Positions 26,456 to 39,299 of a stretch of DNA of 64,000 bases are shown here, one piece after another. This DNA comes from Mobula hypostoma (Eukaryota), in NCBI RefSeq assembly GCF_963921235.1, contig NC_086106.1, positions 23,064,001 through 23,128,000 of the forward strand, written 5' to 3'. Position 1 is the first letter of the stretch; the number at the start of each line of letters is the position of its first letter. The translations under genes were made by a program, and so were the position numbers. Under the pieces are notes generated by a model. It saw nothing but the letters and a program-made list of their open reading frames with translations. It was not told the origin of the DNA and searched no databases.

Positions 26456-29210
26456 GGGAGACTTCCGGTAGCGCTCATGGAGTGAAGTCGCGTTCTTGAC
26501 TCGCTCCATTACCTCTGAGTTTTTTCTCTCTATGGTCAGCTATACTTTAATTAACTATTAAGGCATCAATTTTTACAATACTTTGAATTAAACTGAATTC
26601 TCTGACAATTGGATGGAACTTAGATCTGCTATGTCTAAGAACGGGAAAGACGGCAAGGATGGTAAACCTCCGGTTAAACCGAAAGCTACGGATCTCCCTC
26701 CGACTGAATCACCGGTGACTTTGGAAGCTATATCGGAGTTAATTCAGAGGGAAATTTCAACCTCTGTTAGGGAGATGATTCGTACAGAAATTATGGGCTT
26801 TGTTAAAGACCTGATTCATATGGAAATCTCAACTAAGTTCCAGAAAATTGCCGATTTAATTGATAAGATGCAAACATGTATTGCGGAACATCAGTCGGCT
26901 ATATCTGGTCTTCAAAAATCCGCGCAACAAAGTGAGCTTAAGATGGGGAAAGTCGAAGAAACAATTAATGTAATGAAGAAGAAACTTGACTTTTTGACTT
27001 TTAAAAACTCTGACTTGGAATCTAGAATGCGACGGCAGAATTTACGAATGATTGGCGTCAGGGAAGCCGTGGAAGCTAACAACCCTATGAAATATTTCTC
27101 CCAACTTTTAAAAGATGCATTCCCTACTGTATTTCCTGACCAACCACCGCTACTGGATCGTGTTCACAGAATCCCATCATACTCGTCTAGGTCAGATAGA
27201 CCTAGGCATGTTATCTTACGTTTTCATTACTTTCAAGATAAGGAGAGACTGTTTCGATTCGCTCGATCTAAAGGTTTCATTGATTTTTCGGATCTTAAGT
27301 TCCGATTCGTGGAAGATTTCAGTAAACCAATCTGGGACCAACGGGTCCGTTACAGATCCGTGATGTCGGAATTCTATAAGATGGATTTAAGACCAGCGCT
27401 GCTGTACCCTGCACGTCTAAGGATTCGCATGTTAGATGGAGCTCTTCGTTTTTTTGATTCTCCATCGGATGCCCAGAGTTATCTGGATCAACTTTCATCT
27501 TCAACATCTTAATTGCCTTTTTTTAATTTTCTCCGTTGATCGGAGGCTGTGAATTGGTTGGTTTTAACTTTTCTGTGCCCTATTTGGGCAGAAAAGTTTA
27601 CTTTCGATTTCTTAATATGGCTGCTAAACTTTCTTTTTAACTGCGTCATTTCTTTCTTTTCCCAGGGGATTCTGGGTGGTTACTTCCCTTTTGTCATCTT
27701 ACGTATTTCCTGTGCGGCCTTAAATTTTGTAGTTTTTTTTAAATTTTATTCTGTTTTGCTTTTTATAATCATTTTATGTTAATAATCCTATTTTTTTTGT
27801 TGCTGTGTCTATTCATGAGTTTGAGGTTTATTGTGGTTTTTTTTAATATATACTTTCCGGCTTTTGTTCTGTTCTGTGTGTATTTTAATTGAGCTAACTT
27901 TTTTTTACTTATTTTTTACTGTTTTACAATTAGCTGATCCTTTTCATATTTATACCTTTTTTTTAGGGAGCGTATACCGGAAGTCATGGGGGTAGTTTTA
28001 GCGCTTGCTTCTTTCTGGCGGGTCTGCTTTAGATTTCGCCTTGGGGTCCTGGGGTGGGGGGCGGTGGGAGGGGCTTCACGTTTTAGTTTGTTTCTCTTTG
28101 GGCTATATACATTATTGAAGTATTGGTTACGTCCTTTTCCCCGGTATCTTTTGTATGTTCTGTTTCCTCTCCGGGTCTGTGGGTCGCGCCTATTGTCAAT
28201 CCTCCTTGTTATGGGTTGACTTTAGGATTTATGGAGTCTATTATTAATTTTGTCTCCTGGAATACTAATGGTCTTAATCATCCTATTAAAAGGAAAAAAG
28301 TTTTTAAAGTGTTCCGGAGACTTAAAGCACAAATTTTATTTTTACAAGAGACCCATGTACGGAGGGGGGACAGACTACGTTTTTTCAAATTTTGGAAGGG
28401 ACAACAATTTCATTCGAACTCCAATGCTAAGATTCGAGGCGTCTCTATCTTTATAGACTCCTCAGTTACTTTTATACAACAGGATATTATCTCTGATCCG
28501 AATGGTAGATTTTTATTGGTTAGTGGTTTATTATTTAATAAAAAAGTAGTTTTGGTTAATGTTTATGCTCCTAATATGGATTGTCCGGAATTTTATAAAT
28601 CATTGTTTGATCAGTTTCCGAATTTGAACGAGTTTTCATTGATTTGGGGCGGAGATCTTAATACCTGTTTATCTCCAGCTTTGGACCGTTCGGCTCCTTT
28701 ACGGACTTTACCTAATAAATCTGCAAATTTGATTAATTTTTTCCTTTCTGATTCTGGGTCGACGGACATTTGGCGTTTTCTGCATCCTCAGGAAAAAGAT
28801 TTTTCCTTCTTTTCACATGTTCATCATTCCTATTCAAGAATTGATTATTTTTTCATTGATTCTCGTCTCATTTCTTCAGTGATTAAATGTGATTATGATT
28901 CTATAACCATTTCGGATCATGCTCCACTTAAGCTTTCTATTAAAATTATGGCCAATATACCAAACAATAGACAATGGCGTTTTAATTCGCTGTTGCTTCA
29001 GGACTCGGACTTTGTTAATTTTATGAATGAACAGATTGAGCTTTTTTTTACAATTAACCATACAGAAGATATTTCGGTTAACACTCTTTGGGACACTTTT
29101 AAAGCCTATATTCGGGGTCAGATTATTTCGTATTCCGTTGCTTTGAGGAAGAAACAGAAGCAGGAGGAGATGGTAATTGTGGACAAGATTAAAGAAATTG
29201 ATAAGAAATA
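26456..29210 (+). mobile_element. 3'-truncated L1-clade LINE with intact ORF1 and an open APE domain, flanked by a 15-bp direct repeat, inside the Gypsy gag
   Basis: The 5' end reads gggagacttccggtagcgc. ORF1 spans 26613-27512 and ORF2 starts at 28231 (MESIINFVSWNTNGLNHPIKRKK, FLQETH, NVYAPN, GGDLN, YSRIDYF, ISDHAP), open up to the break. TGTAATTATTATACG occurs at 26441-26455 and 29211-29225. Confidence 0.9.
26613..27512 (+). CDS. L1-type ORF1p (299 aa; coiled coil, RRM, CTD)
   Basis: Uninterrupted ORF with LESRMRRQNLRMIG, LDRVHRI, PRHVILRFHYFQDKE and ALLYPARLRI motifs typical of L1 ORF1. Confidence 0.85.
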   Translation: MELRSAMSKNGKDGKDGKPPVKPKATDLPPTESPVTLEAISELIQREISTSVREMIRTEIMGFVKDLIHMEISTKFQKIADLIDKMQTCIAEHQSAISGLQKSAQQSELKMGKVEETINVMKKKLDFLTFKNSDLESRMRRQNLRMIGVREAVEANNPMKYFSQLLKDAFPTVFPDQPPLLDRVHRIPSYSSRSDRPRHVILRFHYFQDKERLFRFARSKGFIDFSDLKFRFVEDFSKPIWDQRVRYRSVMSEFYKMDLRPALLYPARLRIRMLDGALRFFDSPSDAQSYLDQLSSSTS

Positions 29211-29247
29211 TGTAATTATTATACGAAACCCAGACATGTAATAGCTA

Positions 29248-29330
29248 CATACATCAAAGTTGCTGGTGAATGCAGCAGGCCAAGCAGCATCTATAGGAAG
29301 AGGCGCAGTCGACGTTTCAGGCCGAGACGC
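29248..29330 (+). repeat. Short interspersed repeat, second copy at ~32763-32858
   Basis: acatcaa.gttgctggtgaa.gcagcagg.ca.gcagca.ct.taggaagagg..cagtcgacgtttcaggccgagac occurs twice, once in the gag and once in the 3' LTR of the same Gypsy. Confidence 0.75.
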
Positions 29331-32300
29331 TAACCGTTTCCGGTTGAAGAAGAAAGAGAAGGAAGCAGTCCCAGATGCCTGTGTGAAGCATATGGAAACA
29401 CCTTTAAATCCACAGAGTTTGATAAATACCAGTGAAGATTTGTCAGAGTGTGATCAAGTTAAAAGAGGATAAGAACATTTTATAATGGAAGGATTTGTAT
29501 CCATGAAAGAGGAATCCAATCCTGTACCAATGAAAATACTTAGAGATACTGGAGCTTCTCAATCACTAATGTTAGACAGTCCTCTAAAGTTGAGTGATAA
29601 GTCTACCATTGGTGAGGTAACCTATGTAAGAGGAGTTGGGAGTGTCCTTGTGGCGGTACATTTAAGATCAGGGTTAGTTACAGGGCTTGTTAAAGTAGGA
29701 CTACAACCCAGTTTACCTGTGAATGATTTTTCTATTTTGTTAGGGAATTACTTATCAGATGGACTGTGTTTTTTTTTCCCTGAAGTGCATTTGACAATAA
29801 AGCTCAATTCTGAGGAACCACAGAGGGATTCTAACAGATTCTTCCTGTATTGCAACCCGAGTTATGGCCAGAAAGCCTGATGTACAGGATGAGTTTTTTA
29901 CCCTTAACTGTTCAAGTCGGAATGCAAATTTTGAGGATGTGTCAGAAACATTCTTGCTTTCGTTATTTGATCATGAAATTGGAAGTAAATCTGACCATGA
30001 AGATTTGTCTTTATCTAGGAAGGAGATGATAGCAGAGCAGGGTGGAGATTCTCAGATAGTTAAATTAAAGGAACAAGCTCTTCCAGATAGTGAAATTGAG
30101 AATGTGTCAGTAGGATATTATTTTGAAAAGGGTGTATTAATGAGAAAGTAGAGATCACCTACAATTCCTGCAAGTGAAGAATAGGAAGTTAATCACCAGG
30201 TAGTAGTTCCTATAGTTTATCGAAGTGATATTTTAACTATGGCTCATAGTATGCCTTTGGGTGGTCATCTATGTGTAAAGAAACTATGAACAAGTTTTTA
30301 AAACATTTTCACTGGTCTAGTCTGAGAAAGGATGTGGCGACATTTTGCAGGACGTATCATAATTGATAAATTGTGGGTAAACCTAATCAACTTACTTCAG
30401 TGACCCACTGCAACTGATTCCAGCATTTGCTGAGCTGTTTTCCAAAATTATCATAGATTGAGTAGGCCCATTGCCAAAAAAACTAAATTTGGACATAAGT
30501 ATTTGCTGACCGTTATGTGCACAGCATTTAGGTTTCCAGAGGCAATACTCTTAGGAATGTAACAGTCAAAACTGTGACAAAGGATCTTATAAAATTATTT
30601 ACTTATTCTGGGTTCCCTCAGGAAATACAGTACAATCCGTTCAAAGTAGTACTTTTTTTTTTGTTTTGTCTGGATTGTTTCAGCGATAATTTATAAACTG
30701 GGAGCAAAGCAGATTACCTCATCTGCATATAATCCAGAATTGCAAGGAGCGTTGGAGGTATTCCATTCCACCAGTAAAACTATGATTAGGACGCATTGTA
30801 TGAAAAATCAAAATGACTGGGATGATGGCGTACATTCACTGTTTTTGCAGTACCAGAAGCAGTACATGATTCATTAAGTTTTAGTCTTTTTGAACTTGTA
30901 TTTGTGCATAGAGTTCGAGGACCTTTGGCCTTGTTGATAGAACAGTGGGTTATGAAAAAGGTACACACTAATTTGCTGAATCATGTTTTGAAATTCAGAG
31001 AAAGGTTACATAAAGCTTGTACCACTGGCAAGGAAAATTTCAAATTTGTTATGATAAGGAAGCTAGGATGAGGTTATTTAAGCTTGGAGATAAAGTGTTG
31101 CTTCTTTTCGCTCTTCAAATGAACTAATTGCAAGCTAAATTTCATGGTACTTATCAGATTAAATCTGAAGTAAATTAGGTAGATTACGTGATAAAAACTC
31201 CAGATCGAAGAAGGCCAATACAGCTGTGTCATATAAATATGATAAAACCGTATTATGAGAAACAGGCTGCTATTATCACTGTTGTGGTCAATAATGAGTC
31301 TGACCTTTCTAAAAACCTAATGGATGATTCATCTGAAACTAATATGAAATCCAACGTTATTTCTGCCAGGTTACCAAATTCAACAATTCTAGAAAATATT
31401 CCTGAGAAATTAGCTCTTTTGCAGCCAGAGCAGAAAAAAACGGATGTAACAGTTAATTTTAAAATATAGGAATTTATTTCCAAACGTTCCTCGAAGAACC
31501 ACCGCCGGCTCCCATGATGTAGAGATTGCAGATGCAAAACCCATAACACAACATCCGTATCGGATCAACAGTGAAAAATGTGAACTCGCTGAATAGAAAT
31601 GAAGTATATGTTAGAGAATAATATTATTGGACATTCAAATTTCAATTGGAGATCACCGTATGTTGTGGTGCCTAAGCCAGACAATGGTGTTCGATTTTGT
31701 ACAGATTACAGGAAGGTGAATGTTGTGACAAAAAAAAAAAAAACGCTGCATATACAGTCCTGAGGGTAAAAGATTGTGCAGATAAAGTTGGAAAAACAAA
31801 ATTCCTTAAAAAGATTGATTAGTTAAAAGGTTATTGGTGTGTTCCATTGACGGATAGAGGTAGAGAGATTTTGCATTTGTAACTGCATCTGGGCTATATG
31901 AATATAATGTTCTTTCATTTGGGGTGAAGAGTGCACCCGGAACTTTCCAGCGGATGATTAATATTGTGATTCATGGGTTAAAAGATACAGATGGCTATAT
32001 TGATGATTTTGTTACAGGAAATAATACTTAGAAAGCACATATTGCTGCGGTGGAGAAACTATTTGAGACACTTTCAAAAGCTAACCTAACTATTAACTTA
32101 GCTAAAAGTAAATTTGGTCATGCCACGGTGACCTACCTCGGTTATGCAATAGGTCTGGGCACAGTTAAAGAAAATGGTTAAAGAAATATACCATACTCCA
32201 ATTTAGTAACAAAGTTTGATGTTACGGGAGTATAATATTTTGATAAACCATATTAAAAGTAAAGACAATGTGATTGCTGATTGTCTATCTAGATGTTAAA

Positions 32301-34812
32301 CGTACAATGTAATTTTTTATGGAGTGATATTTTAACACTTGTAACACTCCTACTGTATATTGGTTTGCAAAATGCTGTATGATAATACTGTGGATATCGT
32401 GTGAGCTGTAGATTTTATACATTTGTATTTTTTTTGTCAATAGTTAATTGTTGAAATTTTGCTCCTGAAATACCTTTTTTTTTGGAGGAAGGTGTTGCAT
32501 ACCTCATGGATATGTTGTGACTGTCTTATGAGGATGAGTTAATAGTCTTCCGGAGGTCACATGATGTTAATTTTCCCATCGATGTGAGGTCACGTGATGA
32601 CCTGCTCTCAACAGGTATATATAAGGGTAGACCGCTGGTGACGCAGTTAGTTTTACCAGTTGACTTTTAAGTATAGTTCGTCAGTTACTCCGTATTGCTG
32701 TTTGTTTGTTTGTTTTTTATGACGCAGTTTCGTTTTAAAACAGAGTTTTACTTTCTATTAACAACACACATCAACGTTGCTGGTGAACGCAGCAGGACAG
32801 GCAGCACCTCTAGGAAGAGGAACAGTCGACGTTTCAGGCCGAGACCCTTCGTCAGGACAATTTTCCTTTCTATTGTAAGGTACAGAAGTGTTGGGCCTGT
32901 AATTTGACCAATCGCTACCAGGTTTGTTGATGTGTCTTTTCAGTAATATTGGAGAGTGAAGACGGGAACCTGAAGTAGTCGTTCGGCGGTTTTGAAGGTG
33001 ATCAACCATTAATGAATTCGTTTAAGTAAGAGTGATCTGCATGAGATAACCTCTGCTTAAAGCAGCAGGAAAGGTTGTGCTGTATCTAGTCTGCAGAGGA
33101 AAAAGGTCAGTGCCTTTAAACAGTTTTATTTCCATCGCTTGATTCCGGCGGACAAGGCAGTTTCGGGCTGGGATCGGCAGTAATGCCAAGTCTTGGATGT
33201 ATTCTTTACTTCAGGAAAGTCTCTTCTAATTGACTGTATAAATCTTTTGGACTTTCAAATTTACCATTCAAAGAACTGTATTCTAATTTACCACTTTAAT
33301 CTGATCGCATTTACCGCTTTCAAAATTAGTACTGAGTGGCAGCTTGTTAAATGGTCGCATATCAGTTTACTTTCGGATAAAGATTTCGTTTGTTTATCTT
33401 TATACTAATGTTGATCGGAGTTTAATAAATGTTTATTTGTTTATCAGACCTGACACATTTCTATATTCATTGTTGCCGGTGTCCTGACAGTCAGTCGATA
33501 GCTTCCTGTGCTGTGCCGGTCATGATTGACTTGTTGGAAATATACAGCATCTCTTTCCTATTGGTCGCCTTGCGTTTGTCTGCAGGACACTCATTTGCAC
33601 AGTGATGTCTCGAGCAGCGCTGAATAACTATTCAAAAATTAATCTTTAGAGCTAGGGGAGCAGACGAGCTCGCTTAAGGATGCATCAAGCTTGCAAAAGA
33701 GGTAGCTTTGTCGTTTGTGTAACGTGGGGGTCTTCGACATTTGCTCCATTCCTTCACTGGTTATAAACGAATGATTGAAGTGCTTATTCACTATCAATGT
33801 CTTCTGTTTCGCTCGTCAAACCTCTGTTAGGTTTTCACAGTAGATACATGCAATGATCAAAGAAACCTGCAACGATTGTGTGCTAAATATATTCTATATT
33901 GAAAAATACAGAAATATTCAGGAAATCGGAATGTAATGCGAAATGCAAGAGAATAATTTTAAGATGTTAATATACTTTAACATGTGAGAACTGTGATGAA
34001 GCGACATTCTTAATTTCTCTCCCCCTCTCCATCGCGCTCAATTTCTATCTGTCTATCTATTTCCCTCACTCTCTCATTCTCTCTCCCTAAGCATTTACAA
34101 TTAAAAACCATTGCTTTCATTTTCAGTAGAATTGTCCCATCGTAACAAAAGCAACGCTGGATACCAAAAGCAGAACTCAGTGGATTGCAGGGGAATAGAA
34201 AAAAACACCGGGTCACATTACAGGAAAGTTGGGTTTATACATTGTAACGAGAGATCTATGATTGGTGGTGAAGCCAAATGCAGGGCAAGGTGTAGTAATA
34301 ACTCAGACTCAGACTTGATATAAACATGAAATCATAATCGAATTGTTAGATCAGAACCATTACCACTATGAATGAAAGTCCCATGTTTGAGCGCAAAGTG
34401 CTCATCGTCAGCGACTTAACCACAGATTTTCCACGAAGTAATGTGGCAGACAATAATCGGTTGTCTGGGTCTTAAATATACAGTAGCATGTAACGGTACA
34501 GCGGAGATTAGGAGCGCCGAAATCAGGAACCATGCCGTTGTTTCGTGGGGACCATGGCTTATATGAAACAATTAATATTGCCTTAATTTCGGATTACCGA
34601 TGTAGATCACTGGTTGAACAGGTTCAATTGAGCAGCAGATTTTTGTACCAAATGACATTTCGCTTTGTAATCTGCATTATAACTTTGCTAATTGTAAACA
34701 GCAGTTTTAATTCACTGCTCCTCTGCACGCTTGACTCTTTCTCTTTTTTCTATCGATCAGCCCAGTTCAACGCGTTTGAGCGCCCCCTGGAGACAACACG
34801 CTGGATTCTCTG

Positions 34813-34851
34813 TGTTTTTGTCCGGATCTATCGCCATTATGAACCAATGTG
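34813..34851 (-). other. 23-bp-spacer RSS
   Basis: On the - strand: CACATTG, 23 nt, ACAAAAACA. Confidence 0.9.
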
Positions 34852-35289
34852 GCATCATAGCACAAAGATACATGGCAGAATCGGAGACGAGAGCTCCAGC
34901 AATTGTAATAGTCACATGACGACTACAGGTGTCTACTACAACGGAAAATCTGTCCGGAAAATCGGGAGGTCATTCCTCAAAACCACTGCAGAGCTTTTTA
35001 AGTAGAAATTTCCGGCACGTCCCGGGAAACTGTGTGTACTAGAAGCAGTAGTGCTGCTTAAGATGCAGGTAGTTGCATTTGAGGGTACCGTCTGCCCTTC
35101 CTCTGCCGTTAATACAGGCGGTGTCTCGGATACTTGCTCCTCACCGCAAGCTCCTGAAAGGAAATTTTAAAAAAAGTATGCAGTTAGCAGTTTGTGTGTA
35201 AAAGAAATCCGATTCGTAATTGGATCAGTGATAACAGACCCACCTGGATTTACGAGAATTACTATCACGACGAGATGAGCGAAGTTCAT
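34852..35289 (-). pseudogene. TCR alpha/delta-type V pseudogene, family 2 (leader 35244-35289, intron 35154-35243, V exon 34852-35153)
   Basis: Leader MNFAHLVVIVILVNP(G)|gtgggt; acceptor ctttcag|GA GCT TGC GGT GAG GAG. A 1-nt deletion lies before TLKCNY, Trp41 is TAG, and there is a second stop (TGA). FR3 is intact: DRFSVVVDTCSRHVTITIAGALVSDSAMYLCAMM. Confidence 0.93.
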
Positions 35290-35447
35290 GGTGTTGTCCT
35301 GAAGGCAGATGAATGAACGCGTGCACGTCTGTGTATGAGAACACAAACACAAACTGATTATTTTATTTTCCAGATACTTCGCAGTCTGCTACTTGCCGAT
35401 TGGTCTGTTATTCAGATAAGACTGGTTTGGCACAAATCACCTTTGCA

Positions 35448-35468
35448 TACGTCATGTCATGCACGTCA
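35448..35468 (-). promoter_or_regulatory. Tandem CRE-like (TGACGT) motifs in the V promoter, conserved in paralogs
   Basis: - strand TGACGTG and TGACGTA, ~160-180 bp upstream of the leader ATG. Equivalent motifs lie at 24222-24228 and 43708-43714. Confidence 0.5.
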
Positions 35469-36270
35469 TTCCGAGTTGATTTTCGATTCCAAATGTATAC
35501 AAAATATCAGAATAGGTCAGTGAATGGCTGGAGAGTAAGTATTGCACCTTAACATTTCCACTTTTCCTTTGGTGATTAACATCTGCAGATACTGCTTGAA
35601 GGATTTTCTCTCTTCCTCGTTTGCGCAGAGAAGAGACAATATGAAGACAAATATATTTTTTTTTCCTGCGACCTTGTTTTGTGGGGTTGGTTTAAATGTC
35701 TGTCGGAGGCAGCTTCTAATGGGTCGTACATCCACGGACCTGCTTGAAGTATGCAGCATCGCTTTGCCAGCGGCTCTCTTGGAACATCGGCTCGGGAGTT
35801 CGGTTTCAGTCGGTTTACTATCGTCTTCCAGTGCTCATTTTGACACTCAAGTCGAGGCCAGTGCTAAAGAATAATTAGTAAATTTATCTTCAGCGTTATG
35901 GAAGCCCACGAACGCTCTTTGCCATGCATCAGTTTGCTGAGGATTTTATGTCATAGTTTGTGTAAGGTGGGGATTTCGATGTGTGTTCCAGTATTTTACT
36001 GCTTCTGAGAAATGATCGGTATGCTTATTCGTTATAAGACACTTCTCCCTCGCTGATCAAATCCGTGCCCCTGTTTCCATATTAGAGACCTGAAATAAAA
36101 AATTTGAAACAAGAGCCGACTTTGGGTGATACACAATATATTTAGCAAAACTCAGATAATATGTAGCAAGTCGGCAGCAAATGTCTGATGTAAATTTATA
36201 TGTGAATATTATGTAAAGTTCGAGATAACTGTTGTGGGGATGTTTACTCTCACCTCACGCCCCCACCCCC

Positions 36271-36271
<1 letters not shown>

Positions 36272-36315
<44 letters not shown>

Positions 36316-36360
36316 TCTCTCTCTCCCACTCCCCCCCCCCCCCGCCTCTTTCTCTCTCTC
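36272..36360. repeat. (TC)n microsatellite with poly-C; paralogous tract at ~44529-44568
   Basis: Read directly from the sequence. Confidence 0.9.
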
Positions 36361-37516
36361 TGGATTTCCATTTAGAGGATTTTTAACATCCTTTAACATC
36401 CTCTGTGCCTAGCAGGTTAGACACAGATCGAGTCTGCCCACTACAGATCTCTCTCCTACTCTCGCATTAAAGTACCAGAGTTGCCCCATCATTTTTCTTT
36501 GCATGAATACATAGTCAATGCCATCGATTGTCAGGCATCCAGGAAGTAGCTTCGGGAGATAAAGTCTAAAATGCTCTCAGATGGAACAACTTACTGCATT
36601 GATAAACAAGAAGAACAAACTGGAGAGGCATTTTTTTTTATCCGTTTGACAGTGTTTTCGAAAACGTTATATTGAAAAGATTGCATTTAAAGTATTAAGT
36701 ATTTGAGAAGGAAGGACGTCAAGTTTATTTATAATAAATAAGTAATAGTACTATTTATTTTTCTCGAATGTGTCTGCAGAATACTGCTGAGATCTCTTCC
36801 ATATGCTAATCTACAGTTGTGGATCACATATCCGTATAACAGCGACAACAGTGATAAATAGATTGGACATAGAGGACACCTTTTCCAGAAACCTGAAGGA
36901 GAGCAGCGTCAAACCGAGATTCAATAAATCAACAACTACATCTAGGTCACCGATGCAGCAATCTGAAAGTTTAGTGTTTACAATTCCAGCTCCTGTTTCT
37001 CAGTTTTATTTTTAAATGCAGTACATAGCCGCCCTCTGCATTAATGGCAAATATCTGAATACACGGAACACTATGACAATGCCATCTACAATTGGAATGC
37101 ATATAATAGCACACTAGTGTTTTCTGTTCTAACTAAAACATTAACCTAATTCAGACGAACTCGGAGAGTGTGTGTCAAGGTTCGAGTTTACTTAAAGAGA
37201 GGCACACGTTATCATGTGTTTGCGCCATGATGTTTGCAGTTCATGTATATGTATATAACTGCTAATGAATGATTTAATCGAACCAGAATGCTTAAGCAAG
37301 GTATGTACATACACATTATTACTGAAATGTTATTGAAATATTACATGCACACCACCACCATTTTGAAAATTTGAGGCCACCATTTACTGCACCCTGCCAC
37401 GGCCTTCGGCTACGGGACATTTACCTACAGTGACCTGCTTCAATATCTTTTCTCTGGGTGCGACTAGTTCAGTGTTCTTCTTATTGTAACTGACCATAAC
37501 TCTGATAGAGATTGGG

Positions 37517-38799
37517 TGTCAAGGTCGGGTCCGTTAACTCCACATTCCAGTTTAAGGTCCGGTCTGTCGATCCGTATTCCAGGTTTTACGGTTTTCCATT
37601 GTACTGTTGGGTGCTCTAACTAAGGCACATGATTCTCATTTGGGCAGACACATTAATACCTCCGGAAACCACGGCTTGGCTGTTAGATTGTTCCTGTCCA
37701 AACTCCTGTCTGAATCCCTTCTGTACCCATTCCTTCGAAGAATTGCCCTGCAACCAGTGTTTCAAGTCCTGCCCAGCAACTATTATCTAAAATCTTGCCT
37801 TCCTTGCCTCGCCTGTAACCCCCGCCTGCACCGCTGTCAACTGCAACCGCCAGAACAAGATAAGGAACTAGCTATAGATGTTTTGAACTGTCTCTGTGTC
37901 CACGCCTTCGCGAGGTAGGTCCCGTCGTTTCCCGCTGCCTAGTGTTTGGATCCGTCCTTGTATCCAAGACTTTGCTAGTTAGGTCTGGCGATTTGCCGCT
38001 ACAGAGTGTTGGGAACAGTTTCGTCCTGTTCAGCACTCTGTGTATAAGTCAAGGACCCACGTCCTGTTCCCAAGGAGGACCCCCGACTCTGTGTTCTGTG
38101 TATGAGTCCCGCCTGTACGTCCTGCTCCCAACGAAGGGTCCCTGCTCTATGTTCTGGGTTCCTGTTCCCTCGACCAAGTCATGGCTTCGTGTTCTCTATC
38201 TGTCCATGTGCCTCGCCCAGCCCAGTAGTACCTCGCCCCACCGGGTGCTGGGTTCCATCGTCCTGTCCAGGAGTCTCTCGTCCTGTCCAAACCACTTCCG
38301 GAACCTCGTCCAGTCCAAGTCACGTCCAAGAAATTCCTCCTGTTACAGCCACGTCCAGGAAACTCGTCCTGCCCAAGTCAACGCTTTCTGTTCTCGTCCT
38401 GTGCAGGAGTTCCACGTCCTCTTCTGTAGCCACGTCCTGTCATTGCCAAGATCCTAATCCCGGGTCCGAGTTTAGACCCGGTTTCCGGTTCTGAGTGAAG
38501 ACCCACGTTCTGAGACCTAACCAACACCCAGGTTCTGTGTCTTTGTCCAGGCTACTGTTAGGGAGTTCCCTGTCACTAGTCCCAGCTCCTTGTTCCCAGT
38601 TCCTTGTGCGGATTCCCTGTTTCTTATCCATGTCCTAGCCCAGGCCCTGCATCATTGTCTCGCCCAGAGCCTGTGGCTAAGTCCAGCGTCCTTTCTTCCC
38701 TATTTCCCTCGCTTGCCTGACTCTAGTCCTATTCCTATTTTTAGTACTTCAGTGTTTGTGTCTTGTATTTGGGTCCGCCAACACAGCCACGTAATGACA
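37517..38799 (+). mobile_element. Solo LTR (~1.28 kb) with 4-bp TSD TGGG
   Basis: TGTCAAGG...ATGACA termini, with TGGG on both sides. A paralogous copy sits at 45533-46685 in the same position of the duplicated unit. Confidence 0.75.
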
Positions 38800-39299
38800 T
38801 GGGGGGGGGGGGCAAATTTTCCATTCGAACATGTATTAGCGTTTATGAAGGGAAACAAGAGATTACGAAGTTTTATTCCCGGATGAAATAACGAGTACGA
38901 CTGTGGTACATTGAATATAATATGAATAAACGCGACGTCAGCTACTGCAGAAGGAAAAATTAAAGCAAAATTGTAATTTAGTTTGACAGGAACTTAGATA
39001 TAAGGCAATGCAATTGATCTCAGAACCAGTAGTCCAACTAGAATTACTCCATCAGAACCAACGAGGAATTAGGAAAATATTACGAAGTAGAGACGTGAAT
39101 TGGAAGAAAGTTGGGTAACATCCAGGCAGATCTAAAGGGTGCTCACACGATAACCCAATTGATTATAATCACGACATTTAGAAAAAAAAACAGAAATATA
39201 GAAAAAAATCGTCAGGTTACCCTGTGCGATAAACTGTATCCTGTCCATACAGAAAGTCGACTGTTGTAATTATTCCGAAAAAGTTGTGAAAATATATGC

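Larger units (their letters stand above)
24568..33489 (+). mobile_element. Degenerate Gmr1-like Gypsy LTR retrotransposon (5' LTR 24568-25246, 3' LTR 32493-33489), domain order gag-PR-IN-RT-RH
   Basis: The two LTRs share 'atacctca.ggata...gtgact.tcttatgaggatga' and 'ttgttgccg....tgaca'. PBS-like taaacgggggatcgacgggat at 25247 resembles the tRNA-Pro PBS, and a purine tract ggaggaagg precedes the 3' LTR. Domains: gag PQFNEAEVDKYFQHFE; protease ILRDTGASQSL (~29540); integrase ~30180-31270; RT 31550-32160 (PKPDNGVRFCTDYRKVN, YIDD); RNase H end IKSKDNVIADCLSRC*. Confidence 0.88.
33525..39295. repeat. Segmental duplication copy A (paralog 41812-47180), containing a V pseudogene and a solo LTR
   Basis: Collinear similarity runs from 'attgact...tctctttcctattgg' to 'ttattccgaaaaa.ttg.gaaaatat'. 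The offset is ~8.3 kb at the left end and ~7.9 kb at the right end. Confidence 0.9.

Noticed and set aside
33598-33640. Perfect CACAGTG conserved in both duplication copies (also ~41885), after an acceptor-like ctgcag|GA CAC TCA
   Set aside because: No nonamer at 12 or 23 bp, and the following frames contain stops with no Cys/Trp V motifs.
34532-35005. 157-aa and 170-aa + strand ORFs (34532-35005, 42787-43299) that resemble each other
   Set aside because: They are antisense shadows of the duplicated minus-strand V pseudogenes and their RSS flanks.
37942-38494. Long Ser/Pro/Arg/Cys-rich ORFs here and at 3318-3914 and 45929-46484
   Set aside because: They arise from the low-complexity GC-rich LTR repeat and are not credible genes.
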